The translations under genes were made by a program, and so were the position numbers. The notes beneath the pieces were generated by a model. It ran no database searches, was not told where the DNA came from, and was given only the letters and a program-made list of their open reading frames with translations. From NCBI GenBank assembly GCA_043809085.1, contig JAZDEG010000011.1, positions 214,272 through 278,271 of the forward strand: DNA of 64,000 nt, written 5' to 3'. This document shows positions 18,987 through 27,951 of this stretch, one piece after another. The first letter of the stretch is position 1. Every line of letters begins with the position of its first letter. The stretch is from Pseudomonadota bacterium. Its GTDB lineage: Bacteria; Desulfobacterota; Desulfobulbia; Desulfobulbales; SURF-16.

Positions 18987-20372
18987 CTATACATCAATGC
19001 TTCGATTGATTTCAATCTTGTGTTTCTTCAACCTCTTCCACAGGGTTACCCTGCTGATGCCGAGTGTTCGGGCTGCTTCAGATTTGTTGCCGTCCGAGGC
19101 CTTCAGGGCCTGCAGCAACCGTTGCCGTTCATCTTCCGTCTTGTTGATCCTGGATTTGACAAGCGGGATATTTAATATTTTGGGATGACTGGCAAAATGT
19201 GAGGGGAGGTGACCGGGGAGAATGAGCCCCCCGGGGCAGAGGACATATGCGTATTCGATGACGTTGATCAATTCTCTGACGTTGCCGGGCCAGTTGTAAT
19301 GATTGAGGAGTTCCATGGCTTCCCTTGATACGCCCTTTATCTCTTTACCGGTCTTCAGGGAGGTTCTTTCAATGAAGGCTTCAATCAGCAGGGGGATGTC
19401 CTCTTTTCTTTCACGCAGGGAAGGTGTGTAGATGGGGATAACGCCGATGCGGTAGTAGAGGTCTTCCCGGAAAAGGCCTTCTTTGATCAGTTTTTGCAGA
19501 TTTTTGTTTGTTGCGGAAATGATCCGCACATTAATGGGGATGGGCTGATGATCGCCGACCCGTTCTATTTCCTGCTCCTGGAGAACGCGTAGAAGTTTGG
19601 TCTGCAGAGAATGGGGCATGTCGCCGATCTCGTCAAGAAAAATGACTCCGCCGTTGGCCGCCTCAAAACGACCGATGCGGTCTGATGCGGCACCGGTAAA
19701 AGACCCCTTGGCGTGGCCGAACAGTTCGCTTTCCAAAAGGTTGTCGTTTAACGCCGCACAGTTGACTTTGATGTATGGTTTATTCTTTCTGTTGCTTAAC
19801 CTGTACAGCGCCGAAGCAATCAGTTCTTTGCCGGTACCGCTTTCACCGTAAATGATAGCCGGTGAATCCGATTGAGCCGCACTTCTTGTGAGGTCGAATA
19901 TCTTGCGCATCATGGGAGCATTGCCGATTAGCCCCTGGAATCCGTCTTCGTGGTGCAGATGGCGCTTCAGGAAATTGATGACCCTGTCCTTTTCCTCAAG
20001 GACGCTCAGGTCGGTGAGGTTTTCCACTCCGGCCAGGATATTGCCGTCATCATCTTTTAAAATGGCGGCATTTTTGAAAACAGAAATCAGAGAACCGTCC
20101 TTGCGGCGAAATGAGCATTTCAGGCCTCTTACCTCTCCTTTCTGGAAAAGGCCGCAGAATTTCCCCTTTCCCTTTTGCTTCGTACCGAAACAGGAGTCGC
20201 ATTCCAGGACATCACATTTTTTGCCGATTAATTCTTCTTTTGTATACTGCAGCATCTCTTCCAGGGCTTTGTTTATATAAAGAATTTTGCCCGATGAATC
20301 GATCAGCATGAGGCCTTCGGTCATTGTTTCGATGATTTTGTTGCCGTTCTCACCGGAAAACAGGTCAAGCAT
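18987..20372 (-). CDS. sigma-54-dependent transcriptional activator (PAS - AAA+ - Fis-type HTH, no receiver domain)
   Basis: Walker A GESGTGKE, the GAFTGA-type loop ELFGHAKGSFTGA, and a C-terminal HTH AARTLGISRVTLWKRLKK. The N-terminal PAS domain contains CDVLECDSC...C. Confidence 0.9.
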   Translation of the reverse strand: MLDLFSGENGNKIIETMTEGLMLIDSSGKILYINKALEEMLQYTKEELIGKKCDVLECDSCFGTKQKGKGKFCGLFQKGEVRGLKCSFRRKDGSLISVFKNAAILKDDDGNILAGVENLTDLSVLEEKDRVINFLKRHLHHEDGFQGLIGNAPMMRKIFDLTRSAAQSDSPAIIYGESGTGKELIASALYRLSNRKNKPYIKVNCAALNDNLLESELFGHAKGSFTGAASDRIGRFEAANGGVIFLDEIGDMPHSLQTKLLRVLQEQEIERVGDHQPIPINVRIISATNKNLQKLIKEGLFREDLYYRIGVIPIYTPSLRERKEDIPLLIEAFIERTSLKTGKEIKGVSREAMELLNHYNWPGNVRELINVIEYAYVLCPGGLILPGHLPSHFASHPKILNIPLVKSRINKTEDERQRLLQALKASDGNKSEAARTLGISRVTLWKRLKKHKIEINRSIDV

Positions 20373-20414
20373 GGTCTTTCTCCAATTGTCGAATATTTTC
20401 GATATTGTAGCATG

Positions 20415-20460
20415 TGTTAATCGTTAACGCACATGTTAATTCGGTGTTAATTGTGTTAAT
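20415..20460. promoter_or_regulatory. four direct TGTTAAT repeats (candidate activator-binding UAS)
   Basis: TGTTAAT occurs at 20415, 20434, 20445 and 20454, and an 8-bp palindrome CGTTAACG lies at 20422-20429. The cluster is 107-150 bp upstream of the sigma-54 promoter and 43-88 bp upstream of the activator ATG. Confidence 0.5.
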
Positions 20461-20566
20461 TGGTGAACGTTGCATTTTGTCTGCCGGGAAAGATTGATCA
20501 AACGAATGTTTTGTGTAACATCTCAATATGTCTAGTAAAATTTTTATTTCTTTTTTTTATTTCTTC

Positions 20567-20581
20567 TGGCGTCAAACTTGC
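20567..20581 (+). promoter_or_regulatory. sigma-54 (-24/-12) type promoter of the octaheme cytochrome gene
   Basis: TGGCGTCAAACTTGC has GG-N10-GC with consensus spacing. It lies about 120 nt upstream of the ATG at 20702. Confidence 0.6.
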
Positions 20582-20701
20582 TTTTTTGAGGGGCGGAATC
20601 ACTGGAAGGGGTGATTTTTTGAAATTGTTTGATCTGCTGAAAAGTTATTGCGTGCCTGTTTCCGGCATAAAACATTCAAAAATCAGGAGGGAATTGGAAG
20701 T

Positions 20702-22138
20702 ATGAAAAAGTACAATGTTTTGTTGTCACTGTTTCTGGTGGCGGCATTTGCTGCCCCGGGTTTCGGCAATGCCGATGAAAACCATAAGGGAATCAGCGGG
20801 CCGTTTGCCACACCCATGGATGTGACCAAAAAATGCCTTGAGTGTCATGAGAATGCTGCAAAAGATGTGATGGTAACTTCTCACTGGACCTGGACTCTGG
20901 AACAGAATGTGCCGGGGCAGGGCAAGGTGCAGAGGGGCAAGAAAAATACCATTAATAATTTCTGTATTTCCATCAACTCGAACTGGCCGCGTTGTACAAG
21001 CTGTCATATCGGGTACGGCTGGAAGGATGCGAGTTTTGATTTCAGCGACGAAAGCCGGGTGGATTGCCTTGTCTGTCACGATACAACCGGAACATATGTG
21101 AAACCTCCCGCCGGAGCAGGTATGCCGGCAGGATTCACCGGAAAGCCTGGCATGGACAAGAACCCCGTTGATCTGGTGACGGTCGCCCGGAATGTCGGCA
21201 AGCCGGGCCGGGAGGATTGTCTCGGTTGCCATGCCAATGGTGGCGGCGGCAATAATGTCAAGCACGGCGATATTGACCAGTCGCTGATCAAGCCGACCAA
21301 GGAAATCGATTTCCACATGGGAACCGACAGCCTGAATTTTTCCTGTCAGGAATGTCATTCCGGTTCAGGCCACCACCTTCGCGGCAATGCGCTGCTTGTT
21401 TCTCCGGCCGGCAATAATCCGGTCTCCTGTACCCAGTGTCATGATGAGAAACCCCATACCGAGGCACTCTTGAACAGTCATGTGGACACGGTTTCCTGCC
21501 AGGCCTGTCATATCCCTGTCTTTGCCAAGAAGGATGCCACCAAGATGAGTTGGGACTGGTCCCTGGCCAGGAAAACGACAAAAGAGCAGGCCGAGGAAAA
21601 AGATGCCCATGGTCACGCAGTTTTCTTGGCAAAAAAAGGGCGTTTCACCTATGAGGAAAAGGTTGTGCCGACTTATGCCTGGTACAACGGAAGCGCTGGT
21701 GCTTACAGATTGGGCGACAAAATTAATCCGTCCGAAGTGACGAATCTGAACTATCCCCTGGGTGATATCCATGATGCCAATGCCAGGATTCACCCTTTTA
21801 AGGTGCACACGGGCAAACAGATTTATGATACCAAAAACAAATACTTCATCACCCCGAAAATTTTCGGCTTTGCCGGTGACGAAGCAGCGTTCTGGGAAAC
21901 CTTTGACTGGCACAAGGCTTCCGTTGCCGGCATGAAGGAAAGCGGTCTCGATTACAGTGGTGAGTATGGCTTTGCCGCCACCGCGACGTACTGGCCGATT
22001 AATCATATGGTTTCCGCCAAAAACGAAACAGTTGGCTGTCTTGATTGTCACGGCGAAAAAGGGCGTCTGGACTGGACAGGCCTTGGCTATCAAGGAGATC
22101 CAATGGTTACGAAGGGAGGGGCGCGGGCAAAAAAATAA
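20702..22138 (+). CDS. otr: octaheme c-type cytochrome, tetrathionate reductase (Otr) family
   Basis: Signal peptide plus exactly eight CxxCH motifs (CLECH, CTSCH, CLVCH, CLGCH, CQECH, CTQCH, CQACH, CLDCH). About 478 aa, matching the Otr architecture. Confidence 0.8.
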   Translation: MKKYNVLLSLFLVAAFAAPGFGNADENHKGISGPFATPMDVTKKCLECHENAAKDVMVTSHWTWTLEQNVPGQGKVQRGKKNTINNFCISINSNWPRCTSCHIGYGWKDASFDFSDESRVDCLVCHDTTGTYVKPPAGAGMPAGFTGKPGMDKNPVDLVTVARNVGKPGREDCLGCHANGGGGNNVKHGDIDQSLIKPTKEIDFHMGTDSLNFSCQECHSGSGHHLRGNALLVSPAGNNPVSCTQCHDEKPHTEALLNSHVDTVSCQACHIPVFAKKDATKMSWDWSLARKTTKEQAEEKDAHGHAVFLAKKGRFTYEEKVVPTYAWYNGSAGAYRLGDKINPSEVTNLNYPLGDIHDANARIHPFKVHTGKQIYDTKNKYFITPKIFGFAGDEAAFWETFDWHKASVAGMKESGLDYSGEYGFAATATYWPINHMVSAKNETVGCLDCHGEKGRLDWTGLGYQGDPMVTKGGARAKK

Positions 22139-22175
22139 TTTTCACATTGCCCTTTACGGTTTGATTGATATGATA

Positions 22176-22211
22176 AAGTCGGGTTCCTTGTTCATGGAAC
22201 CCGACTTTTTT
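22176..22211 (+). terminator. rho-independent terminator after otr
   Basis: AAGTCGGGTTCC / GGAACCCGACTT form a perfect 12-bp stem followed by TTTTTT. Confidence 0.8.
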
Positions 22212-22245
22212 GTTGCGTAGGCTAGAAATTCAAGAGGGAGACAAT

Positions 22246-22527
22246 ATGGCTGAAAATGTAGACGATATCACAATTGATTATGAAGAGGATGGCGTGTTGA
22301 TCGTCAAGGAGATTGATAAGGTTATTCTTTCCAAAGGGGCCTGGTCGACGATAATTTTTCGTTACCAGCAGTTTGACCGCAAAAAGGAGGAGTACAGCGA
22401 CGATCGCTATACCATCCGTCGGTATAGAAAAATAAGCGGATCCTATCAGGCACAGGGAAAGTTTAATATTTCAAGCAAAGAACAGGCGCAGAAGATTGTC
22501 ACCGCCCTGCAGGGTTGGATTGTCTGA
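22246..22527 (+). CDS. hypothetical protein
   Basis: 93-aa ORF with a GAGGGAGA RBS. I do not recognise a domain. Confidence 0.4.
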   Translation: MAENVDDITIDYEEDGVLIVKEIDKVILSKGAWSTIIFRYQQFDRKKEEYSDDRYTIRRYRKISGSYQAQGKFNISSKEQAQKIVTALQGWIV

Positions 22528-22577
22528 TCAGGCGCTTGGCTTCAAAGGGGTAAAGTTTTTTTCAGGAGAATGAGGAT

Positions 22578-23864
22578 ATGAGAAAGATTCTGAGTATTAC
22601 GGCAATCAGTATGGTCGCCGTAGCGTCCAATGGCTGGGGGGCCGAGGGCGGTGATCTGGAAAAACAGGTGCGGGAACTGGTCCGTCAGAACAGGATGTTG
22701 ATTGAGAGGGTGACTGATCTGGAGAAGCGACTGGAGATTCAGGAAAGCCCGGCGAAAAGACACTACGGTCAGCCCGCAGTTGTCGACCAGGAAGGACAAG
22801 CCGGGGAGGTGGATGAGGATGTTGCCGTCCTTGGCTCTCAGGAACAGGGGCAGGTTGCGGAAGAGCCGGGTCCGTCGATTCTTGGTGATCTGCGGGATCG
22901 CGTCGAGCTTGGCGCCCTGGTTGAGGTTGAGTCAAATATAAGTGAGTCGTTTGACAATGAGGATGCCGGGGATATTACCCTTGCCACGGTTGAGATAGGG
23001 CTTGACGCCCGAATCTCCTCATGGTCTGACGCCCATCTTGTCTTTCTTTATGAAGGTGGGGAGGAAGATGAGCATGTGCTGCTTGACGAGGGCACCATTA
23101 CCCTTTCTGATTCGGAAAAAATACCTGCCTATTTGACGTTGGGGAAAATGTATCTCCCCTTTGGTTCATATGAAAGCAATATGATTTCTGATTCGTTGCC
23201 TCTGGAGATCGGCGAGATTAATGATACCGCCGCTCTTGTCGGCTTTGAGGCACGAGGATTCTCCGGGGCGATATTTGTTTTTAACGGGGACATCAATGAA
23301 ACCGATAAGGAAGATACGATTGACGTTTACGGTGCAAGCCTTGGGTATGTTCATGAATGCGAAAGGCTGTCCTTTCGTGCCGGGGTGGACTGGATGAATA
23401 ATATCGCTGACACCGATGGGCTGGGTGATAATCTGTCGGAGCGTGAAGTTGATGATGCGGATCAAATTGACGATTATGTCGAGGGGGTGGCCCTCCATCT
23501 GCAGCTCGATTATGGTGCTTTTTCATTCATGGCGGAATACGTGGCCGCACTTGATGCATTTCAGTCCGGCGAGATCGCTTTTGGTAACCGCGGAGCCGAG
23601 CCCGAGGCATGGAGTTATGAGATCGGCATGACCTGTCAGTTGCTTGATCGGGAAACCGTGTTCGCCCTGGGTTACCAGGGAACGGATGAGGCGCTGGCGT
23701 TTGAGTTGCCGGAAGATCGCTATCTCGCGGCGGTCCGTATGTATCTTTTTGAAAACACCAGTCTGGCCCTGGAATATCTTTACGATAAAGATTATGATAA
23801 ATCCGAGGATGGGAGCGGGAATCATGCTCATTCCGCCACCATGCAGCTTGCCGTGGAGTTTTGA
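22578..23864 (+). CDS. outer-membrane beta-barrel porin with N-terminal coiled coil (LbtU-family-like siderophore porin)
   Basis: Signal peptide, then a coiled coil (LEKQVRELVRQNRMLIERVTDLEKRLE), then alternating beta-strand pattern ending in aromatic ...LAVEF. The family assignment is from memory of LbtU-like porins. Confidence 0.5.
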   Translation: MRKILSITAISMVAVASNGWGAEGGDLEKQVRELVRQNRMLIERVTDLEKRLEIQESPAKRHYGQPAVVDQEGQAGEVDEDVAVLGSQEQGQVAEEPGPSILGDLRDRVELGALVEVESNISESFDNEDAGDITLATVEIGLDARISSWSDAHLVFLYEGGEEDEHVLLDEGTITLSDSEKIPAYLTLGKMYLPFGSYESNMISDSLPLEIGEINDTAALVGFEARGFSGAIFVFNGDINETDKEDTIDVYGASLGYVHECERLSFRAGVDWMNNIADTDGLGDNLSEREVDDADQIDDYVEGVALHLQLDYGAFSFMAEYVAALDAFQSGEIAFGNRGAEPEAWSYEIGMTCQLLDRETVFALGYQGTDEALAFELPEDRYLAAVRMYLFENTSLALEYLYDKDYDKSEDGSGNHAHSATMQLAVEF

Positions 23865-23899
23865 TTTCAGGCGGAATGTTTTTTGGGGAAAAGGAGGAG

Positions 23900-24112
23900 A
23901 TGATGAAGACCGATTACAGGATTGATTATATCAGCCTGACTGCGGCCCATTTTACCACCTTTCCCCAGACCCCGCAGAGTGAGAAGATTCTCCAGGTGAA
24001 TTACAGCGATCAGGCAGACCGGGCCCAGTCCGTAAAATCAGCTATCGGCAACAGAGCGCGGGAAAAAGCCGCGGCCCAGGTGACAGAGGGCGGGTTCAGT
24101 GCTTATATTTAA
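23900..24112 (+). CDS. hypothetical small protein
   Basis: About 70-aa ORF immediately after the porin gene with an AAGGAGGA RBS. No recognisable domain. Confidence 0.35.
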   Translation: MMKTDYRIDYISLTAAHFTTFPQTPQSEKILQVNYSDQADRAQSVKSAIGNRAREKAAAQVTEGGFSAYI

Positions 24113-24261
24113 GTACATGCTTATAACACTGGGGAAAGCCGCATGCTGTTGCCTGGAGAGTGATTGTTCCCGGTTACATCTGAGGAAACATTTTTTCTCT
24201 TGACATGGAGAGGTGCGGCAATTAAAAAAAATCGCAAAAGATTTGTGGTGAGGAACCCGAT

Positions 24262-24561
24262 ATGAAGTTCTGGTGGACGAAAAAAAAATGCTCCCGGCAC
24301 GGCGGAAAATGCGGTCCGGAAAACTGCCTGAAAAAATGTCAGGCATTGAGCGACATTTCCCCTGGAAAATGTGTGTGCGTTAAAAGGCATCATTCCTGTG
24401 GAGCGGTTCGCCAGAGGCTTCTTGATCTTGGCCTCATCCCCTCGGTAAAAGTCAATGTGGTCAATCGTGCTCCCCTCGGCGGAGCAATCCATCTGCGCAT
24501 TGGAGAATCCAATCTTGTTCTCAGTACGTCCGAGGCCTCTTTGATAGAAGTTGAAGTCTGA
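24262..24561 (+). CDS. feoA: FeoA family protein with Cys-rich N-terminal extension
   Basis: FeoA SH3-like core LSDISPGK...RQRLLDLGLIPSVKVNVVNRAPLGGAIHLRIGESNLVLSTSEASLIEV, preceded by CSRHGGKCGPENCLKKC. Confidence 0.75.
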   Translation: MKFWWTKKKCSRHGGKCGPENCLKKCQALSDISPGKCVCVKRHHSCGAVRQRLLDLGLIPSVKVNVVNRAPLGGAIHLRIGESNLVLSTSEASLIEVEV

Positions 24562-24739
24562 TCTCGTATCTTCTCTTTTTCTCTACATTTTCTCTCTTTC
24601 CCCCTTTGAAAAAATATTCAGATAAGCTAGTTTGTGTGGTATGTTGAGAAAATAGCTGGACGATTTTTTCTCGGGCCTAACCAATCAGCTTGAAAACGCT
24701 TCTTTGAGCGGAATCTGTGTAAACGGAGATGAGTGGGGT

Positions 24740-25576
24740 ATGACGGATGTTGCCGCAGAGCAGGAACTGTACCGGGCCTGCCGGATCATATTTGGGTCTA
24801 ATCTTGACGTATCACGGGAGTTTCTTGAGTATCTTCAGCTTTCCGGGGTGAAAAGCGCTTTCCGTAAAAAGGCGATGGAAACTCATCCCGACCGTTTGGC
24901 TGGACAGGATCAGTTGACCAGAAACAAAAGCGTCAGACTTTTTCATTCAGTCAAAAATGCCTATGAGCAGTTGACCCGCTACGTTGATGCCCGTGAAAAA
25001 GGTTTCCGTTTCCCGGGCCGCCACTCACCAGCAACCCATTTGAACTCTGTCTCAAAAAACAACGGACGTCAATCCAAGTCCCACCAGGAATCGCCCCCAT
25101 CGGCAAAACGCAGCTTTGCGGCAAGGCAAACCTCGCATCAGGCTTTTTACGGGCGGAATCTCTATCGGGGACATATTCCTGAACGCGGGCTTCTTTTCGG
25201 GCAGTACCTTTATTATGCGGGGCAGATATCCTGGCAGGATCTCAATCAGGCCATCTTGTGGCAGAGGACGCAGCGTCCCCGCCTGGGAGAAATTGCCCGG
25301 GAGCGCGGCTGGCTACGCCGGGAAGATATTCTGCTTGTGTTGCGCTCTGCTTCCCGGCTCTCTCATGTTTTTGGCGAGCAGGCCTTGCATCTGGGCCTCT
25401 TGACCCGCGCCCAGCTTCAACTTCTCCTCTTTGAGCAGAAACGTCGCCACCGGAGGATAGGTGAGTTCTTTGTCCTCCACCACATACTGACCCGGTCGCA
25501 GCTCCTGGCCCTTCTTTCAAGATTTAACCGACATAATGCGATACATATCCAGTCCCGCAGATTTTCAGCACGATAG
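24740..25576 (+). CDS. J-domain (DnaJ-like) protein with four C-terminal MshEN/GspE-N-type 24-residue repeats
   Basis: J domain with an HPD tripeptide (AMETHPDRL). The C-terminal part has four motifs of type xhGxxhhxxGhhxxxxLxxxLxxQ separated by 5-residue spacers. The start is either the ATG at 24740 or the TTG at 24704. Confidence 0.7.
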   Translation: MTDVAAEQELYRACRIIFGSNLDVSREFLEYLQLSGVKSAFRKKAMETHPDRLAGQDQLTRNKSVRLFHSVKNAYEQLTRYVDAREKGFRFPGRHSPATHLNSVSKNNGRQSKSHQESPPSAKRSFAARQTSHQAFYGRNLYRGHIPERGLLFGQYLYYAGQISWQDLNQAILWQRTQRPRLGEIARERGWLRREDILLVLRSASRLSHVFGEQALHLGLLTRAQLQLLLFEQKRRHRRIGEFFVLHHILTRSQLLALLSRFNRHNAIHIQSRRFSAR

Positions 25577-27384
25577 TGATTTATAACAATCTCATATACC
25601 TCATTGTCATTATTTTCATCCTTTCAACCAATAGTGTGCCGGAAATCCCACAATTCGGCCCCTTGCCGGTTTTTTTGCTTTTTTCCCTGAAAGGATCGGC
25701 CTATTTTCTGGTGACCAGGATCCTGTTCCACAGAAAGCGGATCACCCAGGCGGCGGATTATTTTTCCGCCGAGCAGAAGCTTTCCATTATGGCCATTACC
25801 TGGCTTGCGGTCGATGTGTATTTTCTGGACTGCCAGTATTATTTTGCCATGATCCCGGGCAGTAGCCTTCTGCCGATTCTGGTCAGCGTCTGTGGTATCC
25901 TGCTTTTTTTCTTCTATCTCAGCATCTTGTGGATGGGGGCGAGGAGTCACTATGGCCGCATTTTCGGACGCGACTATTCTGCCTCATCATTTGTCAAAAT
26001 CAATCTGAAAAACAATATCCCCATTATTCTTCCCTGGCTGCTTCTTTCCTTGCTCGCCGATCTGCTCATGCTGCTGCCCTTTCCCGGCGTAAAATTGTTT
26101 TTTCATTCCGCCTGGGGGGAGCCGCTTTTTTTTCTGGTATTCTTTATCTTGCTTGCCGTCGTCCTGCCCGGCATCATTACCCGCCTGTGGGGTTGTCGGT
26201 CCATGGAGGCCGGTCCGGTCCGCAGCCATGTTGAGGCATTCTGCCAGAAACTGCAGCTGAAATATGCCGATATTCTCATCTGGCCCCTGTTTGAGGGGCA
26301 GGTGTTGACCGCCGGGGTTATGGGCATGAGCAAACGTTTTCGGTATCTGCTTTTTACGCCGGCGTTGCTTGACAGTATGACAGTTGAAGAGGTGGACGGG
26401 GTCATGGCCCATGAAATCGGCCATGTGAAAAGATACCATCTGCAGCTTTATATGGTTCTTCTGCTCGGATTCAGTCTTATCGCCCAGCTCGGCACCTATA
26501 TTTTCATGTATCTGTTGTTGAAATCCGATTATTTTTATCAGTTGACCGCCTTTTTGGGCAAAAAAACCGACGCTGTGCTTATTTTTTTCAGTTCATTTGG
26601 TCTGCTTGTCCTGCTGATTCTTTATTTCCGGTATGTGTTCGGATTTTTCATGCGAAATTTTGAGCGCCAGGCGGATCTTTATGCCATGGAGAGTCTTGGC
26701 AGCAGCAGCGGGATCATAAATGCCCTGGAAAAAGTTGCCTGGCTCTCAGGCGACATCAGGGATCTGCCCAGCTGGCACCATTTCGGCATTGGTGAACGGG
26801 TTGAATTTCTGCAGCGCTGCGAGAAAGAGCCGACTCATATTCGCCGTCATCACCGTAAGGTCTATGGGGCATTGGTGGCATATCTCGCAGTTCTCGTGCT
26901 GACCGGGTTTACCCTGTGGAAAATGCCGAGTGATCTGCTGGAGCGGGCGCCGCTTGACCATCTTGCCAAGCTGTATCATGAAAAAACAGTGGAAGAGCCG
27001 CAAAATCCGCTTTGGCTGCAACTGCTCGGTGATCTGCAACAGGGAAGGCATCATTATGGGGACGCGATCAACGCTTATAAAAAGGCTTTGGATTTGGTCC
27101 CGCAACATCCGGAGATTCTCAATAATCTTGCCTGGATATTTCTTACCGCAACAGATCTGAAGTTTCGTGATCCGCAAACAGCCCTGATGCTGGCCCGAAT
27201 CGCGGCTGAACAGCGACCGGCCGGATACATTCTCGATACCCTGGCCATGGCATACTGGCAGAATGGATTCCCGCAAAAAGCGCAGCAGGTGGAGAGGGAG
27301 GCCATCCGGGTTGATCCTGAGCATCGGCATTATTACGAAAAGCAGATGGAGCGATTTGGCGGGGCGGCGGAGGAACCAAAATGA
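25576..27384 (+). CDS. membrane M48 family metallopeptidase with C-terminal TPR domain
   Basis: Multiple transmembrane segments, the HEIGHVKRYH zinc motif and C-terminal TPR repeats. The GTG start overlaps the stop of the J-domain gene. Confidence 0.75.
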   Translation: MIYNNLIYLIVIIFILSTNSVPEIPQFGPLPVFLLFSLKGSAYFLVTRILFHRKRITQAADYFSAEQKLSIMAITWLAVDVYFLDCQYYFAMIPGSSLLPILVSVCGILLFFFYLSILWMGARSHYGRIFGRDYSASSFVKINLKNNIPIILPWLLLSLLADLLMLLPFPGVKLFFHSAWGEPLFFLVFFILLAVVLPGIITRLWGCRSMEAGPVRSHVEAFCQKLQLKYADILIWPLFEGQVLTAGVMGMSKRFRYLLFTPALLDSMTVEEVDGVMAHEIGHVKRYHLQLYMVLLLGFSLIAQLGTYIFMYLLLKSDYFYQLTAFLGKKTDAVLIFFSSFGLLVLLILYFRYVFGFFMRNFERQADLYAMESLGSSSGIINALEKVAWLSGDIRDLPSWHHFGIGERVEFLQRCEKEPTHIRRHHRKVYGALVAYLAVLVLTGFTLWKMPSDLLERAPLDHLAKLYHEKTVEEPQNPLWLQLLGDLQQGRHHYGDAINAYKKALDLVPQHPEILNNLAWIFLTATDLKFRDPQTALMLARIAAEQRPAGYILDTLAMAYWQNGFPQKAQQVEREAIRVDPEHRHYYEKQMERFGGAAEEPK

Positions 27385-27932
27385 ACGGAGCCGAAGAGAA
27401 GCAAAGAAACGTGGATAATGGCCTTGTCCTGCTTTATACGGGAGACGGCAAAGGGAAGTCATCCGCCGCGTTTGGTCAGGCCTTACGTGCTGCCGGCCAT
27501 GGCATGAAGGTGTGCATTATTCAGTTTATCAAGGGGAAATGGCAGACCGGCGAGGCGCAGAGTTTTGCCCGACTGTCCGACAGGGTTGAGTTTCATGTCA
27601 AGGGCGGTGGTTTTACCTGGCTGAGCGAGGATAAGTCAGCGGCGATCCGATTCGCCAGGGATGCCTTTGATTTTGCCGGGGAAAAAATCATGAGCAACCG
27701 TTTCGACATGGTTGTGCTTGATGAGCTGACCTATCTCATCACCTATGGCATGGTGGAGGAGAAGGATGTGCTGGACCTGATCAGGCATCGCCCCCCCGTT
27801 CTGCATCTGGTGATCACCGGGCGGGGGGCAAGCGAGAGTTTGATCGATGCCGCAGATCTTGTTTCCGAAATCAGGATGGTCAAGCATCACTATGAGAAGG
27901 GGATTCCCGCCAGGAGGGGAATAGAATTTTGA
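27381..27932 (+). CDS. cobO: cob(I)yrinic acid a,c-diamide adenosyltransferase
   Basis: GLVLLYTGDGKGKSSAAFG P-loop and IIQFIKG, DMVVLDELTY blocks. An ATGA overlap joins it to the upstream gene. Confidence 0.85.
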   Translation: MNGAEEKQRNVDNGLVLLYTGDGKGKSSAAFGQALRAAGHGMKVCIIQFIKGKWQTGEAQSFARLSDRVEFHVKGGGFTWLSEDKSAAIRFARDAFDFAGEKIMSNRFDMVVLDELTYLITYGMVEEKDVLDLIRHRPPVLHLVITGRGASESLIDAADLVSEIRMVKHHYEKGIPARRGIEF

Positions 27933-27951
27933 CCGTTACGGCGGGCATGGC

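Noticed and set aside
20461-20475. TGGTGAACGTTGCAT as a second sigma-54 promoter upstream of otr
   Set aside because: The GG to GC spacing is two bases too short relative to the invariant GG-N10-GC geometry. The properly spaced site at 20567-20581 is preferred.
20597-20620. Hairpin AATCAC/GTGATT followed by TTTTT in the otr 5' UTR as an attenuator or terminator
   Set aside because: The stem is only 6 bp and AU-rich, with an 8-nt loop, so it is probably too weak to terminate. I left it unannotated.
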